NCBI GenBank assembly: GCA_050084515.1
Contig: CM114271.1
Coordinates: 3,720,001-3,784,000, forward strand
DNA from: Blasia pusilla
Taxonomy: Eukaryota
DNA: 64,000 nt
Direction of reading: 5' to 3'
Shown: positions 51,201-64,000 of the stretch, one piece after another
Layout: the number at the start of each line of letters is the position of its first letter
Numbering within the stretch: the first letter of the stretch is position 1
Notes under the pieces: model-generated
The model's input: the letters and a program-made list of their open reading frames with translations, nothing else
Databases searched by the model: none
What the model was told of the DNA's origin: nothing
Translations under genes and position numbers: made by a program

Positions 51201-54199
51201 GATTTCACACATGTAATTTTTGCCTTTGGCTAAGAAAATAACTAATTAGTAGTAAGGATTGTGAGGGACCAATGCACGTTCTTTGGGAATGTCATCTTGC
51301 GGCAAAGCCACGCGTCATGCATTCTTGAGTTTGAAACGACACATGGTGAATATTCAACTGTCTTCATTTGAAAAAGTGTAAGTGAATTTTTTTTTTTCAA
51401 ATACCAAAGAATGTAAGTGATTTTTTTTTTTCAGATTTTCATCACCAAAGAATAGTTCCATAAAAATTTAATCCCATTTTCCCTTATGGAAATTTCGTGT
51501 CCTCTTTAGGGCAACTCCACCATGGAAATTATGCACAAAATTTGGGAGGGTCTTCATAAGTGTGTGAGAAAATAAAAATTCACACGGAATATTATTGGTG
51601 TTCAAAATACGAATGTCATATGGTCTAGTTGAAAACCCTTAATATGGCCATATTGATGCAAAAAAAAAATGAAAGGATTTCTCAAAGATAAAAGAAAACT
51701 CAAAAGCAAGAAGCTCCAAGACAATAATTGTCCACATGCAAAAATTATGCTCTTTTCATTTATATCAACTCACTTGCCCTTTGATTCATTATTTGATGGT
51801 TTGATTCACCCCCAAAAAACTTCATTTGAGCTCTTTCATCTCCTTTAATTTTGTGAACTTCTTGCGACCCCTCCCCCCACCCCTTCCAAAAAAAAGAAGA
51901 AGAACTAGACCAAATTGAACTCCAATAGAATAATCAAGAGAGCTCCACCCATATGTAAACCTTAACTACCCTAGATAACTCTTTAGCAATGTTGGACCTC
52001 ATGTATAGTATAATAGGCATAATCTAGAGTGTAACGAGAGTTTATTATACTAATAATTTATTGTCTGTGCGATACACTAGATCAGATAGATGGAAATAAA
52101 TGACCCAACATATCACTACTACATTCATAGCCAATTTTTGAGTCATGGGAACCGCAACTTAGCCATAGTATCATTGCACTTGACTTGCGACTGACTGGTA
52201 AACATGAGAATTGGACTTGCCAATTGCGAGAGTCGCGGGGATTAAATTCAAGGTTCCTTTTTCTTACTCTCCAAAGTCAATCATAGTTTAGTTGTAGTTC
52301 AATCACTTAATACTTGTAAACGACTCGCAACTTTTTCGTAGCTTTACAGTTTATTTGTGGTTGATTGCAAGTCTGAGTAGTTGCAAAAAATGATTCTCAA
52401 CTCACTCGCAAAAAAAATGCAAAATAGTCACAAAAAGTTATAAAATAGTGAGTCCAAGTAATGGGTTTTTGTACTCACAAAGTAATGGTTTTAGACTCTT
52501 AAGGGACTTGCAAAGTAGTGGTTTTCTACACTCACAATCATTTTCCATATCTCTTTTGTTCAATTTGGACTCATTCTTGGGGGGTCTACAAAACACTCTT
52601 TCACTAGAGATTTAACTCCTCCAAATTTTTTCTTAGGGATAATTTTTTTTCCATCGAGTTTAGAACCAAAAAAATTACAAAAAAAGTGATATTATGAACT
52701 TCACACGTATAAATTTCCTTCAACATCTAATTTTTTTCTAACCTAAAAGACCTAAGACTTAGCTCCATTACAGAAAGAAACTAGTTGCAAAGTGAGGAGA
52801 CGAATCTCAAAAAAGTTGAGTGGAAAGAAAAACTAGAACGGTTTGGAGGCAAAAAAGAGAAATTAATGGCTAAGGTTTTTTTGGTTTGCAAGTGCCTTTG
52901 TAAGTTTGTTTGTAGTGCCATGTACTCGCACTTTGTGAGTCACTTTCAAGTCTGATTCACAAATCTTAATACATGGTGCTTTCAAGATATTTGCGTCTTG
53001 CGTGACTTGGAACTTACTTGCAATTGACTCACAAGCTTTGAAATATTAGTAAACTAGAGTCGACTTCCATTGGACTCACAAATGGTCCATAATTTATTCC
53101 CATGAAGTGGACTCATAAACTAGTTAAAAAGTAGTCGCAGACGCCAAAAAGAACTCATAAGATGACAAATGAATGCCTCTCATCCTTAGTAGTGTGTGGA
53201 GAATCATAAAGTAAATCTGTTGAAGCCATTGGACACACATTTAATTTTTAGAGTTTAACATAAAGAAACTAACTTAAAATAATAAAGATACATTTCTGCT
53301 TGAATATGAATGATAATGAAACTCTTCCTTTGCTAAAAAGGAACTTTCATATCTTTTCCCTTATTAATTTGGGTTAAAAGAAGTTATGGTCTCCTTTTCC
53401 ATGAAGTCATGAAGTATTCTTCTTTGGAATACTTCATGGAGATTGAGATTTTTTTCTAAAAAATCTATTTTTCAAAATAAAATTATTAAAATCCCACTCA
53501 ACTTTTAGCTTAATATAAGATAAAATAGAAGATAATTTTGAGAGATTTCAGACTTGATAAGCATGGCGTTCACTTAAAGTTTCTCAACATGAGCTAATGC
53601 ATATGGTGTGAATCTATTCCAACTCATGTGCATCTTAACTAGCAATGAAGAAAATGTCTGGTTTGGTAATTACAATGTAGGGTCTTCAATTGCCTACTTC
53701 TTCCCATAAGTAAGTTCTTTAATTCCCTACTACTTTGAGAACTCTTCTCCTCTTAACATGTATCATTTTAAGAATTTAAGTTAAAGATATGGTGTTATGT
53801 TCAGCGAGAAGAAAGGAAGAATGTATACTCCTATATACTACTTGGGCAATTCACTAATGATAGTTTTATTCCGGTATCGTGGAAAACTTGTTTTAATTGC
53901 CTACTACTTCCCATAATTGCCCCGTCCCTAACTTTATTTTAAAATGAAAATGTGAATTTTTTTTTATAAATCTACATATCAATGGGAATTGCAATTTTCT
54001 TTCAAAAACACCTTTGATCACATTAATTGGGGACAATACAAAGATATTGGTAAGGAGAATGAATTCTTAAATAGGGACCCTTGCGGGTTTAGGGAACAAA
54101 TATGAATGGTGTATGATGTTCTTCTTTGAAAAATTAAAATAAAACCTAAACCATTTGGGTGGCAAAGGAAAAAAATGAAGGCTCAATTAAAAGCGGGCG

Positions 54200-55010
54200 A
54201 TGGAAAACCCATCGAGTGTACAAAAGAGGGGGACTCAAAGAGTCGAGTACGTGAAGGCCACAACCGGCCCGAAAAAAGAAAAGGGGGCACGCCCTACCGA
54301 CTAAAATCACCAACAAACAGAGACAATATCAACCAGCACCATCATCTCCCACAACCTAATCCCGTTGCAAAAGCCCATTAGCCTAGGCACGCAGTACCCC
54401 ATTGCCTACAATCAAGAATCGCGTAGCCAAAGACAACCCATTTCGCGACTGGAGCTGGAGCTGATGAGCGCAATCCGTAACAAACGAGTCAAACCTCTCC
54501 CCCATAACCCCATACATCTCTATCTAATCGATGTCCATCATGAAATCGACTCTATAGACGGGTCATCTTCACCGTCGTCACCGCCCCTTAAGTAATCTCC
54601 CTTATGCCACCTCTCAGGCTCGCACCTCAAAGTAACGCAACTTCGTTCCACAAGACTTTACCGGCTCATGGCCGCAATGTTCTCATGGGCCCCACGACCT
54701 CCAACCTATAGGGTGCTCTTTCGGTACACACAGGGAGAGAAAAAATTACGGTTTCTGTTGAATGAAGAAATGACCTCAATATACATGCATGATAGAAAAC
54801 CCAACAGAAAAACAATAGAAGGGGACTCAAAGAGTCAAGTATCCAAAACCCACAACCGGCCTTGAAAAAGAAGAACGGGGCATTCCCCCTATCGACTAAA
54901 CTCACCAACAGCAGAAACAATACCAACAACTTCTAATGAATTGCGGGTCTCTACTGCCGGCATCTCCAACGGCATGAACCCACCTCAATAACCCCTTAGC
55001 CTAGGCACGC
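54200..55010. repeat. Degenerate direct duplication (~590-620-bp spacing)
   Basis: GGGGACTCAAAGAGTC..CCACAACCGGCC..CGACTAAA.TCACCAACA at ~54230-54315 and ~54820-54910; TTAGCCTAGGCACGC at 54378 and 54996. Confidence 0.75.
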
Positions 55011-55267
55011 TTCAAAGCTATGGCCAAAAGCTATGGGCACAATGTGCCCATCCCTTGGAAAAGCACCGAGATGAGGAATGGTATCTTCGATGCGGTTGGG
55101 GTCGATGGCGTACGATGAAAGGCCTCGATTAGGGAGAGAACAAACGCGGATCGGATGCGGGTGAGTTTTCGAGTTTGCGGTTTTCGTTCGCCGTCTCGAA
55201 TGGAGTGTGCAGTGGTTCTGCCCGACTGACTGAGTCTTTTCCATCTTCTTCTTCTTCTTCTTCTTTT

Positions 55268-55765
55268 TCTGGAGCGGATCCGAAAAGCGAAGTCAGTCTC
55301 TTCCTTCGTCTTCTTATTGTGGAGCGGATCCGAAAAGCGAAGTCAGTCTCTTCTTTTTTCTTACTCTGGATCGGATCCGAAACAGCGAAGTCAGTTCTCT
55401 TCTTTTTTCTTACTCTGGATCGGATCCGAAAAAGCGAAGTCAGTTCTCATGTTTTTTCTTACTCTGGATCGGATCCGAAAAAGCGAAGTCAGTTCTCATG
55501 TTTTTTCTTACTCTGGATCGGATCCGAAGTGCGAAGTGAGGAGGAGGAGAAGGATGTGCTGCGTCCGAGATGCTTCGCACGCGAGCTGCTGGCGATGGTT
55601 GGCTGGAATTTCTAGAAGGTGGAAGGTCTCTTTTTTTTTCTTACTCTGGATCGGATCCGAAAAGCGAAGTGAGGAGGAGGAGGAGGAGGGGGAGGATGTG
55701 CTGCTTCGAAATGACTCGCACGCGAGCTGCTGGCGATGGTTGGCTGAAGTTTCTAGAAGGTGGAA
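55268..55765. repeat. Tandem array of ~49-bp units with a (T/G)CGGATCCGA core, plus a ~125-bp duplication
   Basis: TGGAkCGGATCCGAA recurs at ~55270, 55320, 55367, 55416, 55465, 55514 and 55647; 55500-55625 repeats at 55635-55765. Confidence 0.9.
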
Positions 55766-56942
55766 GGGAGGGGTGTAGGTCGAAGGTCGGCAGAGGCGAA
55801 GCGTGAAGGAGGGAGATTGGAGACGAGGACTGCGTAAACGCTCGCTGCGTCGAGAGCGGGATGAAAGAGGGTGAAGCGTGGTGCGAATTCGAGCGGAGAA
55901 TCGAGGAGACAATCGGTTTTCGAGACGAAAAGCTTGGAAATTGAGTGAACTTTTACGGTGGTGATGAGAAAAAGCACTCACCACTGCATGTGAGGTGAGA
56001 GGATGGCGGATAGACATGCCGGTCCGAGAATTTCGCGGGGCTTACCTGCTCCATCTTTGGGACGAAGTTTGTGGTGGTCCAAGCTAGAAGCGGCTATGAG
56101 CGCTGCAAGAGTCCAAGGAGACAGCATTGTGTGCGCTTTAGTAAATCCATTTCATCCCTTGTGATCGTGGAGAAAGGAAAACAACCCTCACCATTCCCCA
56201 GTTGACGAGGCTTGATACTTTCCGCGCAAGATCTGGACAATTCACCTTCAAGGTATCAGTGACCAGGAGCGCCACGGCATCCAAACAATGGCCCGCTCTG
56301 CCCTGTTGCCAATCCCATATCTGACACTCTCCTCGCACATTCCCAAACCCTTCCATGGAAGACCATTCCACACGACTTGAAGTGCTTTTGCTTTTGCTCT
56401 TACCGTCCTAGGGAGAATCCGAGTCCTCATTCCGAGCGGGGCCGGGGAATGAGGTGTGCACAGGTTTGGCTATGAGAAAGAAAGCCAACGAAGTCCGCCC
56501 CTACTCCTTCCGTGTCCCAATTCTCCTCGCGCAAACATCGTTCATGTCCTCTCTCAGAGCTCGAGTGCAACAAATGGACCAAGTTTCACCATCGTCGCTA
56601 TGGTGACTCTGGCGGTTTTGGGTACCTTATAGAGCGTTGATGCAACCCTCTGTCTTTGTCAGAAAAATCCTTACAGCGCATAGACAAACGTTGACACTCA
56701 GAGAACGATTTGAAAAGCTCTGTAGATGAAAACAAACTTCTGAGGGAATAATGTGGAACAAGCTCGCCCACTTTCAGAGGGGCGTGTGAAAAGTCGAGAG
56801 AGTACAAACCGCGATGATTCTACATATATATGAACAATGAGGTCCTTAAAACATGATCAGGAACACATCAGAAGCACATCCTGCGGGGGCGTTAGCTTTT
56901 CCACCAGGCAAGAGAAGATCAAAATTGAGCTGCTGGTGAGAT

Positions 56943-59900
56943 TCAATGTTCCAAATGGAAAACATATTCTGTTAAGCTTTGCAACTGACTGGAATCAGTC
57001 TTCTGCTCTACACTTGCTAAATTTGGGCTAACGGTAAGCATTTTTGCCACAGGATCCAAGGTCCATCCATGCTGAGTGGTATCTGCAACCCACAAAACAT
57101 ATGCATGAAATTAGCGCAGCTTCATAATCAGCTATCTGTACAGCAATCATGACAACCTAGAATAGCACAAGAATACATATGACCTACATAGTTCGGTACA
57201 GCAAATGCATTTCTAAGACAACTTAGTTTTGAGATTCCTTTGGGCAAGTGAATTACTCACAATTCACGACGTCATTCTCTGTCATACCCAAAAACCCTGC
57301 TGCATCTGCGACACTAATGGTTGAGTACGCTGTGTAAAGAAGCTTCAATATTTTGCTTGAGTAATCCTCTGACAGTTCACAGAGCCAATATGTTAGCATA
57401 ATATTTTCTCGTGCAACTAAATCAATCAGACTCAGCAAGAGGATAGTGTCAGATGAACAGGGTGAACAATTCAACTTACCCAATTAGTGCACATGGGTCC
57501 ATCATGAAATATAGTGCATGTGACAAGATCACTCACTTCCTTTATAATGAGTGGGGTCAGTGTAATACATATCCCTTACATGCAGAGTCTGCAGAAAGAC
57601 TTTGCAGTAGACTCCTGCTTAGGTTGAGAGGAACTAGAAACAGGGTGGGCATATCTTCATGTTCATCACATTCAAGTTCTGTCACAGCGACACAACGCAT
57701 GCTTACCAGCTACAGCAGAAATCACTTGCTGAACTTCTGCACTCCAGCTGTAGCTCCTAAGAGCCTCATGCACAGCAGCATGGTCATGAGCCCATAGACA
57801 TTTCACAATCTTCCAAGCCGCTGTTAGCTCTAAATTGTTCTGTTTCACTAGAGCTGGAGTTCGCCTCCACAGAAATCGGGCACTGTCTCTGGGGACAATA
57901 AATAAACCCACGAAATTTCACATAAATAGTCCCACGAGGATGATAATGGAAGTACAACTCTCCACATGTTTCACAAACAGAATTCAATAATCTTGATAGT
58001 AGATTCACCACCACCTTTTACTGTCTGAATTAGAACTATACACTATAATTAGGAAGTGGAAAAATGTACAAAACAGGAGCATTCTGACCGATACCACAAT
58101 TCTATGAAGACATCAAGCAAGAGCAGATTTACTAGAACAGACTCCCAAATACTGCAGATCTCTTCCATTGGCCCTTAGTCTCAATGGACAATTAAAGTCG
58201 CTCATTCTTGACATATCAAAGAGTTGACAGCAAAATGAATGCACAGCATGATTAACTTACAAATCACCAACAACAACATGAGCGAGAAGGTGTATCGTAT
58301 AAGGCCAATCTTGAGGAATTCCTGCTCCAGCTGCAGCTGTCTGTAGGAATTGTGTTTAAGATGACCAGAGACAAGATTAGTTTACATCCGGAAATATGGC
58401 GTTTGATCAAAACTTTAGTATCCATTATTTTCCACCCTAATGTTGAACAAGTAGGACGTTCTGCTCCTCCTACTTCATTCCTCACTCAGTTGAATCAGCC
58501 TGACACTCACACAGAACCAAGCAGGACGAAGACAAACACAATCGCCAGAGACTAAAGCATTCACACTTGACATTTCATGCTTAATTGAGGTGACAAATTA
58601 TAGAACAGAGGTGCCAGCAACTAACAACACACAGAACATGAAACACAAAGGTATAAAACTTTTACTCAAATAATGATTTGAGCCATCACAATTGCATCAA
58701 CAGAATCATCGCTTTAAGTCCCATCCAAGTCAAAACAACTATAAATTCTCTATCAAGAGCACAGACAAGAAGTAAGATGTGAAAGTCAAGGTTATGTGTT
58801 CATGAACTGCTTCATCCCAAACCATTCCTCAGGATCTAGTGTTAGCATAGTCCCACTGGAAACACACGACCTTAACAAAGATTCCAAAGTTTCTCCAGCA
58901 TCTGAAGGACATCAAATCTAACGATCCTAATCACGTATCTGCAACAGGTTTCAAAGCTCCTGGGGAGGACAATGCTCTTGCTGGTGCCGACAACTGGTAC
59001 TGTGACTGCAAAGAAGAGCTTCGCAATGCCATGCCAATTGATGACCTGCCTAAAAATACTTGCAAGAGTCTCTCAGAAGAGCGGCGCAACACAGATGTCT
59101 TTACCAGATGGGGAATTTATCCAACACGATGAGGGAGATGGGTCTAGGAGAGCACAGGGAAGGGGGACTAGCTGAAAAGATGCACCATAACCATGAATTT
59201 CAAGAGCCTTCATCAACAAGCATCTTCCCCCTCGTTCCCTATGCCTGCTAGACAGCAGCAATGAAGCAATCGGGGGCACCTCCTCTACAACACTACAATA
59301 CAATGAAAGTCATCGATGAGATTACCAAGAGAATTATGGACAAACGAGATTACTAAAAATAACCAGGAGAGCCCGTATGATATTCCAACCTCTAAAAGAT
59401 TCTTCATAAAGCAGATGTGACATGAGACGGGGAGTATTTGTGAAACGGATCCAGTTCTTATGACATCAATCGGAGCACGTCTGAAAATTCCAGCAATCAG
59501 ATAAAAGTCTTCAATTTGTCTTCACCTTCACACAACCCTAGAACAATGATTTCAAAATGTCTCGCAGACCCAAATTGAATCATATACGATTGGCAAAAGG
59601 CTGCCAAAATGTGACATTCTCTCTTGGGGGTATCGACTTGAAAAATCCACTCGGTTCACAGCATTGAATTTCTAGGGCGGCAGCAACTATGCAGCAGTGC
59701 CAAACACCACTCGGAAAACAAGACAGAAAACTCACTCATGGCGATTCGCTCAAATTTGGCCCTTCTCCAACACTCAATCACATCAGCACTCCAAGAAACC
59801 CATCTCGCTACGCTCGAGCTGAAATTGCAAACTTGCCAAAAAACGCACTAAGAATCACACCCAGACGTCCACAGCTCGGAGCAATCAAACCTTAAAACGC

Positions 59901-60131
59901 TGGAAAGATCCAAACAGAAAACCCTGATATATATGCCCGTATCTCCCGTCCCGAAATACTCACGCTCACAATTCTGAAAACGCCCCCTGACTCCCTACTC
60001 CTTACCTCAAGTTCAAGAACGTCGAGCAAATCCGCCAGCTCCCCAAACCGCTGCGCCTTGATCGCCTCGTGCGCTGCACTCAAACTTGCTTCAGTGGAAC
60101 CACCACCCCTCCCATTCACCGACACGGCCAT
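56943..60131 (-). CDS. CSN8: COP9 signalosome subunit 8; exons 60131-60006, 58340-58261, 57888-57707, 57368-57261, 57082-56943 (211 aa)
   Basis: The spliced translation contains DWPYTIHLLAH, DSARFLWR, AAWKIVKCLW, LLYTAYSTISVADAAGFLGM, GWTLD and the C-terminus LQSLTEYVFHLEH*, typical of plant CSN8. All introns are GT-AG with consistent phases. Confidence 0.95.
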
Positions 60132-60172
60132 AACCAGAAACGCAAACACAATCCTCCCAAATTCTCCAGAGC

Positions 60173-60268
60173 GCTCTCTTTCTCTCTCTGCGCGCTCTCT
60201 GTTTCTCTCTCTCTCTCTCCTCTCTCTGTTTCTCTCTCTCTCTGCGCTCTCTGTTTCTCTCTCTCTTT
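60173..60268. repeat. Imperfect (CT)n/(GA)n microsatellite upstream of the CSN8 ATG
   Basis: Direct reading; such GA tracts are common in plant 5'UTRs. Confidence 0.85.
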
Positions 60269-60818
60269 CTTGTGTCTGATTAAGAACTCCGCGTCTCTAA
60301 AGTAAAGTAAAGGAACCGGAGGGTGAGTCTCTTTATATGGATGGGGTGAGGCTCACTAACCATGATTACATACTCCTAGACATATTGCTTCAATGCGGCA
60401 GATGACCAAGCGGTTAGTTGAATAGACATAAGGTCTTCTTGAAGAGGTCTTGGGTTCAACTCTCCCTTTGGACAAGTGGGGCGGTATCAACCCCCAGGGC
60501 ATGGGTGGTCAATGTTTGAGAGAGAACGTGTTGTGTGCCTTTCATGTGCGTGCTTTGACTATGCTCCCGGGTTAAAAATCTGGATAAAATTTCCACGCCT
60601 TCACAAAGAAAAAAAAAGAAAAACCAAATCTCCTCAGTGAGAACCCCAAATTTAGATGTGAAGGTGTCTGTTGGATGCGATGTCAACTTCACATATGTGG
60701 AAGGGGTCCCCATAAGCGAGATCGGCTTCCCGTGGACTAAAAATCTACTCTACTCTGTTCTCAATGAGGGGAAGGGAGTTGGAGTAGAAATGGACAGTGC
60801 CACGTCATGTACATATTA

Positions 60819-61146
60819 GGAGGTGTCAAAGACCACCCTATCCGGGATTGTATGGGTGTGAGACCTGGAAAGTCATGAGGTTGCTTTCGGAAGAGGAGGG
60901 GGTGGGAACTTTATGATGCCGTGCATAGCAAAGAAATGGGAGAAAAAACATCACCCTTCCTTGCACCACAAAAGGACTAAACTCGAGTCAAGGTACTGGG
61001 CAAAATCCAGAGCGGGCACTTCACGACCTCTTTGAGAGCGCCAAAGCGGGAAGCTAGAGAGCAACACGTTTCCCGACCGGCATAAACATCCTAGGATGTC
61101 TTTGGATTAACACACTACCTTGGATAGGGTGGTCTTTGACACGACC
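60819..61146. mobile_element. MITE with ~25-bp terminal inverted repeats
   Basis: GGAGGTGTCAAAGACCACCCTATCC versus GGATAGGGTGGTCTTTGACACGACC; flanks TTA and TAA (TA or TWA target; Tourist- or Stowaway-like). Confidence 0.8.
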
Positions 61147-61607
61147 TAATGACTAGTGTGTATGGAAGGGCCGAAAGGATACTTATTTAGCTTGGAAAAC
61201 CGCTTTGGCTTTACAACATCCACGGACTTCAGAAGTGCACAATGCCTTTGGGAGAGGAAGAAATTTGTGTGGGAAGAGATTGTGAGTGGTTAGAGTTCCT
61301 CTGAGAAAACCAACATTTTCACCTTGGGTGACCTAAAATTAATGTTGACGAACTCAATAAATCCCAAAGCAATGTGTATACGCCTATGCATATTTTCATG
61401 GTATTTCCTAAACTTAATTTGTATTTTCAAATAGGGTCTCTCTATATTAGATGAACTTATTGCAATAGCCAGCAGCATTGGTGGCTTCGCCCACGGTGCT
61501 AGAGGAAACAAAAGTGGCTGAAGCCGGACTGCTCGAACATCCTCAGTAAGACCAGGCGCAAGGGACGCTAAGAAGCGCATGCTTCCAAGCGGTTCTAAAG
61601 ACACTAG

Positions 61608-64000
61608 TGTCACATCTGAGTAGCCGATAGGCCGAGATCTATCGTGGATAGGGCGTAGGAGCCAACCGACTATCTTGAGTGTAACTTTGTCCCATAGTGT
61701 CGGATGAGGTTGAGGATAGGTCCATTGTGTCAGGAACGTCGTTTTTGACGACTTTCATGTTGAGGTCTTTTACAGCCGGGTGACTTGTTGACGGAGTCAC
61801 ACCGCCTGTGGTAAACTGTCAGGCGCCAAGACGTTACCAAGGGAAGGGATATTCTTAGGAGAAGAGCCTTTTGGCTCTTCCCAACCTATATAAGAGAGGA
61901 AGATGGCTTTCCTAAGCCATCTTTCTCATGTTGGGCCGTTGGAGCACCTCCCTTGTATGTGTGTGAGCTAGGAGTAGGGTGCTAGCGTCCGGATTCTTTG
62001 ATAGCACAGGGTGGACGAGGCTCGATATGCCGATGTAGATTGAGGAGTGGAGTTTTAGGCCGGGTGTGCCGGTTTTACTACTCTTTATTTTTACATGAGA
62101 AAGATGTCAGGGGGCTGGTGGGAATTCGTTGTTTGCTGGTAGGCAAGCGAGTTGCCTTGGTCGGGAGCCCTTGGAGACGTGTGTGTGACGTTGTGTGTCA
62201 TTTTTTCTGTTCGGAAGGCCGTGGGCGGAAGCGTTGTCCGTTTTTCTCAGATTTTGCTGGTGCGGATTGATGGGGGATAGCAGCCGAGTGTAGCGTGTGG
62301 TGGGGCGTCGCGTGTACGCAAGTAAGGGTGTCGAGAGAGAAGGAAAGGGCAGGTTTGGGTCTTGCAGCCGCCGGGGGGCTGTCAAGTAAAGACGGCTAGG
62401 TTAGGTTGCGAAGTTTAGGGTTAGGGCACGGACGGCAGGGCGCGGACAGCAGGGCGCGGACGGCGGACGGCAAGGGCGCGGACGCCGCGGGCCTCCCCCC
62501 CCCCGCATTTAGGGCCCAAGGGCCGCATAGGGCAGCGGGCATAGTCGGTCGGACAGTTGTCGCATACGTGGTTGGCAGGACAGACGAGGTTAGTCGGGCG
62601 AACGTGAGTGGAGATTTTCCAGACATGAGTGGGAGCCGACCAGGGTGAGTCACGTTACATACCGCGCGTGGGGATAGACAGAGAGGTTTGCACGACATGA
62701 TGTTTTGGGGCGCGACAGGGTTGCGAGAGTTTACGATGGAGGGGCAGTGTGCATGATGCCGACGGGTTGTCCGCATCTGTTGACGGGAGGATCGACGTGT
62801 TGGTCGAGGGGAGTGTTATGTGGCGGAGATTGTCATATCATGTGGAGGAGTGCATATTGACGGTGCAGCAGGTTGGAGGGCGTGATCAGGTTATCCATTC
62901 GAGTCCCTTTTCCCGCACTTGTCGTGTATGATTGAGAGTGCTGGGTATCGGGTAGTAGCTGGTGCTAGATGGGTGCAGTGATGGTGACGAGTGTAGATTC
63001 TTTTCATGTGTAGCATGTTGGTGGATATACGGCGGTTGCCGAGTAGGGGTCGCGTTTATGACCCGAGAGTGTGTCGCTAGGTTAGGTGAGTCAGTTGGGA
63101 GGCTCATGGTGAGCCCGAGTGTTGAGCGTGCGTGAGGCCGGGTATGTCATCATGGGATTGATGTTAGCATAGGTGAGCTAGTGAGGCGTGTGGGAGACTC
63201 TCGGTGAGTCTGAGTGCTTGAGCGGGTGAGACAGGGTTTGTCATCACGACGTTCTTCCAGGGTTCGGAAGAACGGGGTAGTGCGAGCAGTGGTAGTGGTG
63301 TGACACGGAGTGGAGTGAGATACTGAGGGGTTACCACTGAGGAGCTCCCTCGACATCCATCTCGGATGGATCGTCATCATCGGACCGGGTCCGGTGACGA
63401 GATCACCGGCGAGAGATAGTAGTACTTGGCAGGAGATGGACGACATGGGCCATCGAGGCATGCGTCGTTTCTCGGGTGCAGTGGGCACCATCGACTTAGA
63501 TGATTTCATCCAGGAGTTTGACACATGGTGCGACTTCCAAGAGATACGGACCCCGACACGGTTCAACCCTTTCATGGCATGGAGGGGTTGTTCCAAAGAT
63601 TTGGAGGGTCCTCCGATGGATGACTACATGGAGTTTCGATCACTATATTCAGAGAGATCGATGCCTGGAGGATGTATTGGGCTCGGGGTATGTGTCCACT
63701 AGTGGTCGAGGCATATGATGGGATTGTGAGAGAGAGAGACCCACACCATCAGCCCGGAGACTAGATGGAGAGGAGGGCGGTGACACAAAGCGATGTGGCG
63801 AGACCTCGGTGGTAGGGGGCCACCGGCTTCAGCCCCACAATGGAGTTCTTCCGACGGTTGGGGAAGAGCTACCAGCGTGCACGCACCGACAAGCTGAAGA
63901 GTCTCAGGATTTTCAACGGCGATCGGGTGAGAGTGCGAGAGAGGCCTTCACATGCATGAGGAGGCTGATCATTGCTACGTTTGGAGGATCGAGGCGCGAT
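61608..64000 (+). mobile_element. Further family A element (5' repeat, leader, gag start), running off the window
   Basis: Starts TGTCACATCTGAGTAG after CTAG; colinear with the reverse complement of 23618-21110. Confidence 0.92.
63437..64000 (+). pseudogene. gag N-terminus of the 61608 element (frameshifted)
   Basis: MDDMGHRGMRRFSGAVGTIDLDDFIQEFDTWCDFQEIRTPTRFNPFMAW..EGPPMDDYMEF. Confidence 0.8.

Noticed and set aside
55268-55680. CRISPR-like array (palindromic repeats at regular spacing)
   Set aside because: The intervening sequences are near-identical rather than unique spacers, there are no cas genes, and the context is eukaryotic.
62395-62430. Telomere-like TTTAGGG/TTAGGG
   Set aside because: Only about two degenerate units, within the element leader; not an array.
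62660-62700. GCACGACA at ~62690 as the true end of a long 5' LTR
   Set aside because: It is not followed by TGG and is not conserved at the equivalent position of the 23618 copy; weak but not fully excluded.

Overview
Plant genomic DNA with spliceosomal introns, Helitrons and LTR elements. It reads as a land plant, possibly non-seed, but the species cannot be determined from the sequence. There are three host genes, all on the minus strand: a TRAUCO/ASH2L-type SPRY protein (3 coding exons, 8658-11825), an 852-aa Ser-rich protein with a C-terminal plant calmodulin-binding-like domain (37471-40029), and COP9 signalosome subunit 8 (5 coding exons, 56943-60131). The main observation is a group of Ty3/gypsy-type retroelements whose pol frame carries a DNMT3-like cytosine-5 DNA methyltransferase between the protease and RT (gag-PR-DNMT-RT-RNaseH). 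The best copy is 15013-23618 with TSD ATAC; it is decayed by stop codons and has lost its integrase region. Two families (A and B) with different terminal repeats are present as long, nested, deleted and solo copies, with 4-bp TSDs wherever both ends are visible. In both families the 5' terminal repeat lacks a ~125-bp segment found only at the 3' end, and I see no tRNA primer site, which canonical LTR replication does not predict. The rest is decayed copia, gypsy, LINE, hAT, Helitron and MITE sequence plus tandem repeats. All calls are by eye; no searches were run.
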